64,000 bases of DNA from an uncultured Armatimonadia bacterium (GCA_963749155.1 CAVVLO010000005.1:352001-416000), one strand, 5' to 3'; counted from the first letter of the stretch, positions 1-10,662 are shown. Notes: generated by a model not told the origin, from the sequence alone. Numbers and translations are program-made.

Positions 1-17
1 CCGGATGAGGAAATAAA

Positions 18-56
18 GCAGGAGAGCGGCAGGAAGGATAGAAATCAGGCGAGAAC
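18..56 (+). promoter_or_regulatory. Putative tandem SigH-like promoters (GCAGGA...GAA)
   Basis: GCAGGA at 18-23 and 29-34, followed by GAA 18 and 19 nt after the GCAGG; the motif recurs elsewhere in the window. Confidence 0.4.
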
Positions 57-107
57 ACAGGGGATAGCCCCAGCCGATGTCAATATACCTCACGGGAGGT
101 GCCCAGT

Positions 108-1268
108 TTGAGCAAACAGATCGGAGTGGCCCTGGTAGGCTACAAGTTTATGGGCAAGGCCCATTCAAACGCCTATCACAGCCTCAAGATGTTCTTCCCC
201 GAAGTGGAAGCCGAGCCAGTGATGAAGCTGCTGATTGGCCGCAACAAGGAATGGGTAACGGAGGCCGCTGCCCAGTTCGGCTGGCAGGGGGTCGAAACCG
301 ACTACGCGACCGCCCTCAAGCGCGACGACATCCAGCTAGTGGACATTACCTCGCCCTCGAACGCCCACTCCTGGATGAGCATTGCGGCGGCCGAAGCGGG
401 CAAATCAGTCTACTGTGAAAAACCGATGGCGCTCAGTCTGAAGGATGGGCGCGCTATGCTGAAGGCCTGCGAAGCTAATGGCGTGAAGCATATGATCAAC
501 TTCAACTATCGCACCGTACCCGCCATCGCCCTGGCCAAACAGCTGATTGAAGAGGGCGCCCTGGGGGAGATCTTCCACTGGCGTTCTCAGTATCTGCAGG
601 ACTGGATTGTAGATCCCGAGTTCCCGCTGGTATGGCGCCTGGACAAAGAAGTCGCTGGTTCCGGCGCGCTTGGCGACCTGGGCGCGCACAGCATCGACCT
701 GGCCAGGTGGCTCGTGGGCGAAATAAAGCAGGTCGTCGGACTTGACCGCACCTTCATCAAGCAGCGTCCGATAGCCGAACGGATGACCGGACTGACCGCC
801 CAGAAGTCCGACCAGATGGGCGATGTGACCGTGGATGATGCGACCATCTTCCTGGCCGACTTCGAAAATGGCGCCGTGGGGACTTTCGAGGCCACGCGCT
901 TTGCTCCAGGCCACAAGAACTACAACTTCTTCGAGATCAACGGTTCTGAAGGGAGCCTGGTATTCAACCTCGAACGGTTGAACGAGTTGATGTATTACAG
1001 CCGGAAGGACAAAGAAGGACTCCACGGTTTCCGTCTCATCCAGACGACCGAAGCGTCCCATCCTTATGTCTCGGCCTGGTGGCCTCCGGGTCACATTATT
1101 GGTTGGGAGCATACCTTCGTTCATCAGGTCTACAATCTGATGAATGCGATGGCGCGGGACGAGATGCCCTCGCCCAACTTCTACGACGGAGTCGCGTGCC
1201 AGCAGGTGCTCGAAGCTGTCGAAACAAGCTGCCATGAGAAGCAGTGGATTGCTGTGGACCAACTCTAA
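108..1268 (+). CDS. Gfo/Idh/MocA family oxidoreductase
   Basis: Rossmann start VALVGYKFMG, CEKP motif and GALGDLGAHSID; TTG start at 108 after GGGAGGT SD. Confidence 0.92.
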   Translation: MSKQIGVALVGYKFMGKAHSNAYHSLKMFFPEVEAEPVMKLLIGRNKEWVTEAAAQFGWQGVETDYATALKRDDIQLVDITSPSNAHSWMSIAAAEAGKSVYCEKPMALSLKDGRAMLKACEANGVKHMINFNYRTVPAIALAKQLIEEGALGEIFHWRSQYLQDWIVDPEFPLVWRLDKEVAGSGALGDLGAHSIDLARWLVGEIKQVVGLDRTFIKQRPIAERMTGLTAQKSDQMGDVTVDDATIFLADFENGAVGTFEATRFAPGHKNYNFFEINGSEGSLVFNLERLNELMYYSRKDKEGLHGFRLIQTTEASHPYVSAWWPPGHIIGWEHTFVHQVYNLMNAMARDEMPSPNFYDGVACQQVLEAVETSCHEKQWIAVDQL

Positions 1269-1283
1269 GGAGGGACGAATCCA

Positions 1284-2249
1284 ATGAAGATTGGCGTACT
1301 GACTGCTTTGCTGAGTGACCTGCCCCTTGAGAAAGCTCTGGACTATGTGAAAGAGGCCGGCGCGGAAGCCGTAGAGCTTGGCTCGGGCGCTTACCCAGGC
1401 AACGCCCACTGCGATCCGGTGGCCTTGCTTGCCAGCCCCGCGAAACTGAAGGCTTTTACAAAAGCTATCGAGAGTCGCGGCCTGACGCTGTCGGCACTGT
1501 CATGCCATGGCAATGCGCTGCATCCAAACAAGGCACTGGCCAAGGAGCATCACGAGGCCTGGCAGAACACCGTGCTGCTGGCCGAGAAGATCGGCCTGGA
1601 CACAGTTATTACCTTCTCCGGTTGTCCTGGCGACTCGGACAAGTCCACTGCCCCCAACTGGGTAGTTGCCCCCTGGCCTGAAGACCACGCCAACGTGCTG
1701 GAATGGCAGTGGAAGAAGAAGGTCATCCCCTATTGGAAGAAAGAGGTCAAGTTCGCCAAGGAGCATGGGGTGACCAAGATTGCCCTCGAGATGCACCCCA
1801 ACTTCGTGGTGTACAACCCCGAGACGCTGCTGAAGCTGCGCGCGGCCGCAGGCGATGCGATTGGCGCCAACTTCGACCCTAGCCATCTCTTCTGGCAGGG
1901 CATCGACCCGGCCTATGCCATACGCAAGCTGGGCGAGTGCCTGTGGCATTTCCACGCCAAGGACGCCAAGGTAGATCCTTACAACTGCATGCTCAATGGC
2001 GTGCTGGACACCAAGAGCTATACCGACGAGATTAACCGCGGCTGGATTTTCCGCACTGTGGGTTACGGGCACGGGGCCGAGGTCTGGAAGCATATGATCA
2101 GCCAGCTCAGGCTCGTGGGCTACGATGGAGTGCTTTCAATCGAGCACGAGGACAGCCTGATGTCTCCGCAGGAAGGCCTGGCGAAAGCCATCGCTTTCCT
2201 CAAGGAAGCCGTAATAGCCGAACCTCCAGGCGAGGCCTACTGGGCTTAG
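1284..2249 (+). CDS. Sugar phosphate isomerase/epimerase (xylose-isomerase-like TIM barrel)
   Basis: Metal motifs LEMHP, FDPSH, HFHAKD and SIEHED; AAGGAGG SD. Confidence 0.9.
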   Translation: MKIGVLTALLSDLPLEKALDYVKEAGAEAVELGSGAYPGNAHCDPVALLASPAKLKAFTKAIESRGLTLSALSCHGNALHPNKALAKEHHEAWQNTVLLAEKIGLDTVITFSGCPGDSDKSTAPNWVVAPWPEDHANVLEWQWKKKVIPYWKKEVKFAKEHGVTKIALEMHPNFVVYNPETLLKLRAAAGDAIGANFDPSHLFWQGIDPAYAIRKLGECLWHFHAKDAKVDPYNCMLNGVLDTKSYTDEINRGWIFRTVGYGHGAEVWKHMISQLRLVGYDGVLSIEHEDSLMSPQEGLAKAIAFLKEAVIAEPPGEAYWA

Positions 2250-2273
2250 TCCAGAAGCCGGCCAGCAAACTAG

Positions 2274-2305
2274 CGCAGCGGCCGGGTGACCGGTCGCTGC
2301 GTTTT
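2274..2305 (+). terminator. Intrinsic terminator-like hairpin
   Basis: CGCAGCGGCCGG-GTGA-CCGGTCGCTGCG followed by TTTT. Confidence 0.65.
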
Positions 2306-2328
2306 CTAGCTCGAAGGGGTGCCGCCTG

Positions 2329-3270
2329 GTGAAGGGTATTGGGCGTCTGATAGGAAAATCTGGTCCACTGATTGGCCTGGTTGGGCTGTGCGCGCTGATT
2401 GCGGGGCTGGATTACTTCCTCAATGACCAACCGAGTTTCCTCTCGGCGGCCAACTGGAAGAACGTGCTGCAGCAGGTAGCGGTCGTTGCCATCCTCGCAG
2501 TGGGCAGCACCTTTGTGATTCTGACAGCGGGTATCGACCTCTCGGTCGGCTCGGTGCTGGCGCTTGCCGGCGCAGTCGGCGCTCACTTTATCGCCCAGGG
2601 CGATGTGGCGGTTGGGGTGCTCGTGTCGCTAGGCCTGGGTACTCTGCTTGGGCTTGGGATGGGCAGCCTGGTGGCTCATTTCCAGCTCCCTCCCTTTGTT
2701 GTGACCCTTGGGATGTATGCCATTGCCCGCAGCCTGGTGCTGGTCTATACCACGGGGAAGGCCATCTCGGATTTCCCGGAAAGCTTTCAGTCGCTTGCAA
2801 CCTGGGCGCCAGTGCTGCTGGTGGTGCTTTATGCGCTGGCTTTCGTGACCTTGAAGTGGTTGCCTTTTGGCCGTTATGTTTATGCGGTGGGGGCCAATGA
2901 GGTAGCGGCCAGGCTTTCAGGGGTTGCGGTCAGCAAAATAAAACTCGCGGTCTATGGGCTTAGTGGCTTCTGCGCGGGCCTTGGCGGCCTGGTTTGGGCC
3001 TCCAGGCTCAACTCGATTGACTCTCGGGCTGGGCAGGGGCTGGAACTCGACGCCATCGCAGCGGTGGTCATCGGGGGCACCAGCCTGATGGGCGGGCGCG
3101 GCAGCGTGCTTGCGACAGCTTGCGGCGCGCTCATCCTCGTCGTGCTGCAGAACGGTATGAATTTGCTCCAAATCAATCCCTTCTGGCAGCAGGCGGCCGC
3201 GGGTGCTATGATTGTGCTGGCCGTGCTGGCAGATAGACTGCGCGTGCGAGCCGAAAGCCGTTCTGCTTAG
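2329..3270 (+). CDS. Monosaccharide ABC transporter permease (RbsC family)
   Basis: GIDLSVGS, FGRYVYAVGANEVAARLSGV and ELDAIAAVVIGGTSL motifs. Confidence 0.92.
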   Translation: MKGIGRLIGKSGPLIGLVGLCALIAGLDYFLNDQPSFLSAANWKNVLQQVAVVAILAVGSTFVILTAGIDLSVGSVLALAGAVGAHFIAQGDVAVGVLVSLGLGTLLGLGMGSLVAHFQLPPFVVTLGMYAIARSLVLVYTTGKAISDFPESFQSLATWAPVLLVVLYALAFVTLKWLPFGRYVYAVGANEVAARLSGVAVSKIKLAVYGLSGFCAGLGGLVWASRLNSIDSRAGQGLELDAIAAVVIGGTSLMGGRGSVLATACGALILVVLQNGMNLLQINPFWQQAAAGAMIVLAVLADRLRVRAESRSA

Positions 3271-3280
3271 GTGGTAGCTT

Positions 3281-4414
3281 ATGAAACTCGTTGGGCTTGG
3301 TATCCTGCTCGCGATCGCGGCGGCGGGAGCTTTCTTCCTGGGACTTGTTATGGCCCCTATCGCGATACTGGCGGGGCTTGCGGGACTTGGACTGGCTGGA
3401 TTCGGACTCTTTTGGACGGTGACTGCCGCTATGACGAAACTCCTTTTCAAACTGGCCATCGTGGCCATCCTGGTAGTAGTACTGCTCTCACTCATCGGCG
3501 CGCTTTCGGGCTGCGCGAAGACTGAAGAACCTGTTGCCGTGGCGCCGCCTGCCGGCGTGAGCGCTCCGCCCGAGGCAACGGGCGAGTTGATTGTCTATTC
3601 CGCCCCTGACCTCAACAACACCTACTGGCTGCGGGTCAGCGCAGGGGTGGAAGAAGGCGCAAAACTGGCTGGCTACAAATTGCAGACTCTCGATGCCCAG
3701 GGCAAGGCCGACAAGCAGCTTTCGGACATCCAGAACATCCTGCAGAAGAAGCCCAAGGCGCTTTTGATTTCACCTTATGAGAGCGACCCCATCGTGCCAG
3801 CGGTAAAGCAGGCTAACGAGGCCGGCGTGCCTGTCATCATCGTGGATATCGGCATCAGCGGGGGAGAGTACGCAGCGCTCATCATCTCTGACAACTTCGC
3901 GGGCGGCAAGCTTGCGGGCGAGTGGATGGCCAAGGAGCTTGGCAAAGGCGCGAAGGTCGCGCATATCCAGTGCCAACTCGGCGCCGAGAACGCCCAAAAG
4001 CGCGGCAAGGGCTTCGAGGAGGCCGCCAAGGCGGCCGGGCTGCAGGTAGTGGCCAAGCAGCCTGCCGACAGCGACCGCTCCAAAGCGTTGACCGTGATGC
4101 AGAATATGCTGCAGGCCCACAAGGACATCAAGGGCGTCTTCTGCCAGAACGACGAGATGGCCCTGGGCGCTCTGCGCGCTTGCGAGACCGCTGGGCGGGA
4201 CGACGTGCTGATTTGCGGCTTCGATGGCAATAACGAAGCCCTCGAGGCCATAAAGGCGGGGAAGGTCGGCGCCACTATCGCCCAGCAGCCCGAGGAGATG
4301 GGCAAGAGCGCCGTCGACTTCGTGAAGCAGCTCGGTACGCTTGAGCCAGGCAAAGAAGTCGATGTCCCAGTAGTACTGGTCACCAAAACCAACCTGGCGG
4401 ACTTCCTGAAGTAA
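3281..4414 (+). CDS. Sugar ABC transporter substrate-binding lipoprotein (RbsB family) with extended hydrophobic N-terminus
   Basis: SDNFAGG, NDEMALGA, GFDG and ATIAQQP motifs; lipobox LSGC at C78; alternative ATG at 3431. Confidence 0.88.
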   Translation: MKLVGLGILLAIAAAGAFFLGLVMAPIAILAGLAGLGLAGFGLFWTVTAAMTKLLFKLAIVAILVVVLLSLIGALSGCAKTEEPVAVAPPAGVSAPPEATGELIVYSAPDLNNTYWLRVSAGVEEGAKLAGYKLQTLDAQGKADKQLSDIQNILQKKPKALLISPYESDPIVPAVKQANEAGVPVIIVDIGISGGEYAALIISDNFAGGKLAGEWMAKELGKGAKVAHIQCQLGAENAQKRGKGFEEAAKAAGLQVVAKQPADSDRSKALTVMQNMLQAHKDIKGVFCQNDEMALGALRACETAGRDDVLICGFDGNNEALEAIKAGKVGATIAQQPEEMGKSAVDFVKQLGTLEPGKEVDVPVVLVTKTNLADFLK

Positions 4415-4440
4415 TTATCCAGGCAAGCTGAGCTATAAAT

Positions 4441-4477
4441 AAAAAAGGGCGTCCCCTTAGGGGCGCCCTTTATGTTT
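4441..4477. terminator. Bidirectional intrinsic terminator
   Basis: A-run, AAAGGGCG(T)CCCC-TTA-GGGGCGCCCTTT, T-rich tail; lies between convergent genes. Confidence 0.8.
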
Positions 4478-4487
4478 GGCAGCAGGA

Positions 4488-6668
4488 TTAAGCCTGGTCG
4501 GCGACTGGCAAGTAGAGATGGAAGGTGCTGCCTGCTCCTGGAATGCTTGCAACTTCGATCCGCCCGCCAAGTTCGTCCAGCGTGGACTTCACAATATAGA
4601 GGCCTAGTCCAGTGCCTCCATTGTTTGCGCGGGTGGTAAAGAACAACTCGAAAAGGCGCTCCAGAGTATCGCTGTCCATCCCGCAGCCGGTATCGGTGAA
4701 AACGATTTCTATCTCGTTATTTTTTCGAGAGGTAGTGATGGTCAGACTGCCGCCCGGCTGGGTTGCAGAGGCGGCGTTGAGAAGCAGATTCAAGATGATC
4801 TGTTCAAGCGAGCCAGGCCAGGCGTTGACCCTCGGCAGGTCACTTGCCAGATTCACCTCGATTTCGAGATGAGCCGTGATGGCCGTCGAAATTGCAAGCA
4901 CGGTCTCAAGGGCTTCGTTGAGGTCAACTGGGCTGGTTTGAGTGGCTTCCCCGTGGTGAGCGAAAGCCATCAGTCGCTCGGCGAGCAGATTAGCCGAACA
5001 GGTGGTGTCAAGCAACCTGGCAAGGCTTGCTCTGGCCTGTTCGGGAAGGGGCTCGGTTTGCGATGCCATCTCGGCCTGACCTTTGATAGCGCCCAGATAA
5101 TTGCGGAAGTCGTGAGCGATACCGCTTGCCAGTTTGCCAACGAGTTCGAACCGGCAACGTTGCAGGCGGGTAGCTTCGCGTTTGGTTGATTCGGTGACGT
5201 CCATCACGAAACCAAGCCAGCCGGGGCCTTCGTCCTCCTCAGCGGGGAAGGCCACCACATGGGCTTCGACCAGGCGACGCTCGCCCTTCTTGTTAAGCAG
5301 GTGCAACCTGATTTGGGTACGTAGTCGCTCGCCCCGGTCCGCGCGCGCGTATTCGCGGTCGAGGAGAGGCAGATCCTCGGGAGCAACCAGTTCGGCCAGG
5401 CTGCGGTGGAACTCCAGCTCTTCGGGCGTTGCCCCCACCATCGAGGCCGCAGTTGGGTTGCAGTACACGATGGTGGCGCGCTTGCCGGCGTATTCTCTTA
5501 CCAGGAAAACTCCAATGCCTATCTTGCCAATGGCATCAACAAGCTTGCGCTGATGGATATAGGCCGCTTCAAGCTGAGATTGGGCCATCCTGAGAGGCCG
5601 CAGATCGCGCAAATCTACAAGCAACAGGGGAGTGCCAGCCAGCGAGATAGCTTTGGCGGCTAACTCGACAGGCAGGATGGAGCCATCCTTGGTGAGACAT
5701 TCCGACTCGAATCGAGCGCCCTCTGGCAGCGCGCTCAGGTCTTCGGGAGTTGGAAGCTCAGCTCTAAGGGCATCAGGCACCAGGTCCAGGGCTTGAAGCT
5801 GCAACAATTCTCTGTGGGTATAGCCAAGCAGGTCGGCGGCTGCAGAATTTGCGGCCAATATACGACCATCCATAGTCTCGACCAGAGCCGCGTCCATCGA
5901 TCCCTCGAAGATGGCTCTGAAACGATCGGCACTCTCTATGAGGGCGGATTCCTGGGTACGTAGCTCGGTAAGATCGCGGATGAGCGAAAGGCGCAGTATG
6001 CCGCCTTTGTCATCGAACACATCGCATTGAACGATATTCAAGACTCGACCAGTCTGAGGCTGGATGCACTCCCAGGTACGGGTTTCCCCTTGAATGACTT
6101 TTTCTCCCAGGCAATCAGGGCAGCCAGGCGCTGTGCCAAAAATCACCTGGTTGCAATTTTCGCCAGTGGGATCGTGGCCAACGAGATTAGCGAGGGCCGG
6201 ATTGCAATGGCGGACCACACCAGTCGTATCAGCGAGGAAAGCTGCCTCGGGAAGCATCTCCATCAGTCGATCAAAACGCGACTCGGCTAGTTCTGCCTGC
6301 CTGCGCTGGGCTTTCAGATAAGCCCAGAGGAAATAGCCAGCAAGCAGCGAGATAATCGCATTGAGGGCGACCAGCAGGACATCGCGGTCCTTGAACGCAG
6401 CCACGGAAACCGGCGAAAGCACATCGAAGAAGGTCTCCACCGCAAGCCCTGTCATCAGGCAAAGGAGGGTTGCGGGGAGTAGCAGGGCTACTGAACGCGC
6501 TTTGGCAGCCAGGTAGATACAGGCGGTGAAAGCCAGGAACTGCAAGAAGGCTGCGACCGCGGCGGCAGCGGGGACATTGATGCTCCAAAGCATGAAGACG
6601 CCACCGAGCACGACCACCAAGGCCACGCCCGCTTTCCAGTCAGCCGGTCTGTCGCTGAAACTTATCAT
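4488..6668 (-). CDS. Membrane-anchored multi-PAS sensor histidine kinase
   Basis: N-terminal TM segments, about 3 PAS domains, H-box GIAHDFRN, N-box NLLLNA, G1 DTGCGM, G2 GTGLGL. Confidence 0.9.
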   Translation of the reverse strand: MISFSDRPADWKAGVALVVVLGGVFMLWSINVPAAAAVAAFLQFLAFTACIYLAAKARSVALLLPATLLCLMTGLAVETFFDVLSPVSVAAFKDRDVLLVALNAIISLLAGYFLWAYLKAQRRQAELAESRFDRLMEMLPEAAFLADTTGVVRHCNPALANLVGHDPTGENCNQVIFGTAPGCPDCLGEKVIQGETRTWECIQPQTGRVLNIVQCDVFDDKGGILRLSLIRDLTELRTQESALIESADRFRAIFEGSMDAALVETMDGRILAANSAAADLLGYTHRELLQLQALDLVPDALRAELPTPEDLSALPEGARFESECLTKDGSILPVELAAKAISLAGTPLLLVDLRDLRPLRMAQSQLEAAYIHQRKLVDAIGKIGIGVFLVREYAGKRATIVYCNPTAASMVGATPEELEFHRSLAELVAPEDLPLLDREYARADRGERLRTQIRLHLLNKKGERRLVEAHVVAFPAEEDEGPGWLGFVMDVTESTKREATRLQRCRFELVGKLASGIAHDFRNYLGAIKGQAEMASQTEPLPEQARASLARLLDTTCSANLLAERLMAFAHHGEATQTSPVDLNEALETVLAISTAITAHLEIEVNLASDLPRVNAWPGSLEQIILNLLLNAASATQPGGSLTITTSRKNNEIEIVFTDTGCGMDSDTLERLFELFFTTRANNGGTGLGLYIVKSTLDELGGRIEVASIPGAGSTFHLYLPVADQA

Positions 6669-6732
6669 CTGCGTGGGCCCAGATTGGGCGCGCGCTACCC
6701 TCCCATGCCGCTATCAAAGTCGCTATCGACCT

Positions 6733-9351
6733 TCAGCGCACCAGGGGAAGCGTCACCTGGGCAGCCAGCGGCTGGTATGCAGTTACGGCATAACATGAGG
6801 GACCATCAAGAAGCCAGGCCCCCTCTTCATTATAGCCAGCGAATTGACCTAAACCCAACTTAAGCTTCGGCTCGGTGGGAAGAGAGGCGCTGCTGAGTGA
6901 GATTCCAAGCATATAAGGATTGAGGTCAGAGCAGGCAGAGAAGCCCCGGTCATCGATATAGTTGGTGTTGCTGTCCATACTGCGCTGGGCCAGCTCGAAG
7001 CGCCCCAGCGCGCCGTAGATAGCTACTGGCAAGGCGCCGGTGAAGTCGTCGAGGCCGCCTGGCTGGTCCTTCCAGAAGAGCCCCTCATCGCGCCACTCCA
7101 GTGTAGAAAGAGCCTTTGCCAGTGCTGCGTTGAAGCGCGGCGCCTGGGTCAGCCGTTCGACCCGGATAAGGGCAACCATATTACGAAGCTGGAAATTGAG
7201 CCAGGGCCAGGAGCCGTCTTCAGACTGTTCCTCCAGCATTTTGTCGCCCCAACGCTGGGCCTCGGACCGGTATTCCATATGCCCGAGCAGCAACATATAT
7301 TCGCAGCCGTGGATCAAGTGGTAGAGCTGCTGGGTGGTCACGCCTTCCCTTTCGCGGTCGAGGGTAGCCCGGTAGGCGGCCAGAGCGACTTGCTCTGCCT
7401 CCTCAGCCTCGGGCGCGCCAAATTCGCGGAAGAGCCAGGCGGCCGCAGCCAGTCCGCCAGGACCGATGCCGTTTTCGTTCACAGTCCAGACAGGATCGTA
7501 GCTCCCTGCGCCGAGTTTCCCGGTGGCGAGATAGTTGTCAGCCATCGCGCGGGGGCTCCTAAGTCCTTCGGGGAAACCTGAGAAGGGCAGCACGGCAAGC
7601 TCTACAGGGGCCTGGCCACTGAATTCGAGTCGCATCGAATCGAGTAATACGCCGCGCCGGCCACCCTGAGTGGTGGTGAAGGCGATGCGGTCGGGCTTGC
7701 GGCTCCAGATAACGAGCAAGGCGCGGCAATAAGTCAGTTGGCCAGAGTTGCCCCCGCGCAGCAGCAGGTAGTCGAAGTCAGGCGCTTCTATTGACGGAGC
7801 GGCCTCTTCGGCCCAGAGCTGCTTGCCGTCAGGCAGGACAACTGCTTCAGCGCCCCAGGAGCCAGGAACGAACCAGCGCCCTGCGGTCGAGAGCTGCTCG
7901 AAGCCGAAAGCCCAGTTGTCCAGGCCAGAGGGCGTCAAAGTGAGTTTGGGCGGGGTGTCGGCATCGCCTGGCAGGAACCGGCAGGCCGCCTGGAGCGAGC
8001 CGGCCTCGCCACGCCAGACTCGGTCGAAGCTCCAGCCTGTCTCATCGCGCACAACCGGGGTATCGGAATAGTCTTCCAAGGTTGTCCAATTGCCCTCTTG
8101 CTGGAGGCAGGGCGCCATGTCAGGGGTCAGGGCGACATTATCGCCTTTATGGGCCAAGGTCAGGCGCGAGGGCGCCTCGGGACGTGGACGGATATCCACT
8201 GGACGCGGGTCGTGCTTGAAGGCATAAAGGTGTTCGCCACCGGGCAGTTCGGCGTTTTTCACCCCTTTCCAAAGGCGCCTTGCGAGTTCGAGCCGCACGA
8301 CAGGCGTGTAAAGTGCCTCGTCCGCCAGAGCCAGCAGGCTGCGCGAAGTGTCGTGAACAAAATGGATGGGATTGCGTTCGCTCGGTTTGAAGGTCAACAG
8401 GTCGTAGCGTTGGTCGTAGAGACACTGCATATAGTTGCCGGCCAGCCAGTTTATATTCACAGGGTCGTAAGGGGCGAAATTCCGGTTGCGCTGCCAGCCT
8501 TGCTCCCCAAACTTCTTGGTCTGTGGCGCAGAGCAGGCGGGCATAAGCAGGCCGACGCGGACAGGACTCCAGAAGCCAGCCTGGCCATCAAGGGGTAAGA
8601 GAGTGACTTCCAGCCGGTTCGTGCCTCCCGTGAGAGTGACCGCGCTGACATCGGCCCACAGTCCGCCATCCCAGGTTGGCCCAAGCATCAGAGGTTTATC
8701 ATTCAAGGTGACCTGCTGCACTGTCGCCAGCAATTTGGCCGAAATAGAGCCCCAGCGACTGGTCCTTCCACTCGGCTGGGGCCTCAAACTGGCGCGTCAG
8801 CCTCACAGATTGTCTGGACTCAGGACAGGCTCGCCAGCATCGAGTTCCAGCCGCGTGGCAGGGCCTGGACCGGCATCAAAGAGGCGCAGTTCTGACAGCA
8901 GCGCGCCCCAGCCATCTTCCTTGTAGCGGTCTTCGAACTTCACCAGCACGGCCTCACTGCCGGCCAGGAAGGGCGTCAGGTCGACCAATACCCAGGTGCC
9001 ATATACCTCGTGGTTGTCTACCGATGACACTTTCTGGAAGACTGGCTCGGTGCCTTCAGCTGGCTCAGGCGCGGCGCTGATATCAAACTGGGTGTCCACA
9101 AGCAGCATCAGCCAGGCCATATGACCCTGGCCAGGCGCAAACCGGTAGGTATAGAACATCGTCTGGCCGTCTGCGATGCGAGTATAAGGGCAAAGCGGAT
9201 CATAACCTATCTCTCTCACCACCGAGTGTTGAGCGATGAGATAAGGCGCCTCCTCGGGGGTGCCTGGTCGGAAGAGCAGTTGCTGCTGGCTCTGGGCCAG
9301 GGCAGCTAGCAGAGTGAGCAAAGCCAGGATCAGCAGAGGTTCAAAACGCAA
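6733..9351 (-). CDS. Secreted glycoside-hydrolase-like protein (N-terminal beta domain, GH2-like beta-sandwich, C-terminal helical barrel), broken by two compensating indels
   Basis: ORFs 8803-9381 and 6733-8787 share a frame; a bridging frame at ~8814-8726 reads QSVRLTRQFEAPAEWKDQSLGLYFGQI; signal peptide after TTG 9351; QSEDGSW motif in the C-terminal half. Confidence 0.55.
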
Positions 9352-9382
9352 GGTAATCACCTTCAACAGTAATTGGGGCAAT

Positions 9383-9445
9383 CTTCGCCTAATTCGCTGT
9401 GAAGCCTGCTCTGAGGGCAGGATATGGCGGCTCCGCGGCCAAACA
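9383..9445. promoter_or_regulatory. Back-to-back SigH-like promoters
   Basis: Minus strand GCAGG(9409-9405)-N18-GAA; plus strand GCAGG(9417-9421)-N18-CAA. Confidence 0.5.
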
Positions 9446-9477
9446 AAGGGTCAAAGAACACTTTGGGAGGAGCACTA

Positions 9478-10662
9478 ATGGATACCCCCTCAGTCCTTAT
9501 TACTGACTGCCAGCTTGTCGGTCCAGCCGGGCTTTCGCCGATTGCAGCGGCGCGCATCGAGAAGGGCAGGCTGGCTGCCATATACCAGGAAGGCGAAGCC
9601 TTCGATCCGGGAGCGGACATAACCCTCGAGGCAGTAGGCGGTTATCTGGCGCCCGGCTTGATTGACGTGCATACGCATGGTGGTTTCGGGGTGGACTTCA
9701 CCACTTGCACGGCTGAAGAAGGGCTGAAGTGCCTGGAGCAGTACATCCCGCATGGCACAACCCATATTATGCCGACCTTCGTCACGAGTCCGGTCTCCCA
9801 GTTGGTGGCTCAGACCGACGTGATGGAAGAATTGAAAAAGCTGACCGAGGCCCCAGGATACAAGGGGGCGCGGTATGCCGGGCTTTATTGGGAAGGGCCC
9901 TTCATAAGCAAGACCAAGAAAGGCGCGCAGCCCGAAGAGAGCATCGCCGCGCTGGATGCGGAGGCTCTGGCGCAGGTGAACTCCTGCGCGGGCAAGATTA
10001 ATCGTCTGATCCTTGCCCCAGAAGAAGTAGACCTCGGCAAGCTGCAATTCGCCGATCCAAATCTGAAGCTGACAATTGGGCATACAGATGCAAGCTTCGA
10101 GCTGGCGGTGCTGGCAGCAAATCTGGGTATGAACTCCTTCGTGCATACCTTTAACGGGATGAGCGGATTTGGTCATCGCTCCCCTGGTGTGGTTGGCGCG
10201 GCAATGGCGACCTCCGAGACCTACTGCGAGCTTATCTGTGACGGTGTGCACGTGCTGCCACCGGCTATGAGAGTTCTGTTCGAGGCGCGCGGAGCGGACT
10301 GGATTGTCCTCATTACCGATGGCAACACCGCAACAGGCCTTCCCCCTGGCGAATACGAGCTGGCCGGGATACGGATGATTGTAAAAGAGGACGCCTGTTA
10401 TCTGCCAAATGGCACGCTGGCCGGCAGCGTCATAACGATGGACGAGGCGGTAAGGCGCGCGGTACGGTTCCTCGGCGCAAGTCCCTTAGAGGCTATCCGG
10501 ATGGCGACTTATACGCCGGCGCGCTTCCTGGGGCTGACTCAGGGGCGATATGGCACGGTGCTGGGCGCAGCTGCCGACTATGTTGTGCTGGACTCTGACC
10601 TGAACGTGATGGAGACTCTGATTGGCGGGCAGGTGGCCTGGTCTCGCGATGGCAGAGGCTAG
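9478..10662 (+). CDS. nagA: N-acetylglucosamine-6-phosphate deacetylase
   Basis: DVHTHG, EGPF, GHT, HTFNGM, DGVHV, LITD and LAGS motifs; GGAGGAG SD before ATG 9478. Confidence 0.9.
   Translation: MDTPSVLITDCQLVGPAGLSPIAAARIEKGRLAAIYQEGEAFDPGADITLEAVGGYLAPGLIDVHTHGGFGVDFTTCTAEEGLKCLEQYIPHGTTHIMPTFVTSPVSQLVAQTDVMEELKKLTEAPGYKGARYAGLYWEGPFISKTKKGAQPEESIAALDAEALAQVNSCAGKINRLILAPEEVDLGKLQFADPNLKLTIGHTDASFELAVLAANLGMNSFVHTFNGMSGFGHRSPGVVGAAMATSETYCELICDGVHVLPPAMRVLFEARGADWIVLITDGNTATGLPPGEYELAGIRMIVKEDACYLPNGTLAGSVITMDEAVRRAVRFLGASPLEAIRMATYTPARFLGLTQGRYGTVLGAAADYVVLDSDLNVMETLIGGQVAWSRDGRG

Noticed and set aside
8797..8805. TGA read-through, selenocysteine or an alternative genetic code joining two in-frame ORFs
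   Set aside because: A shifted frame gives a sensible beta-sandwich sequence across the gap (compensating indels), and TGA is a normal stop in many genes here
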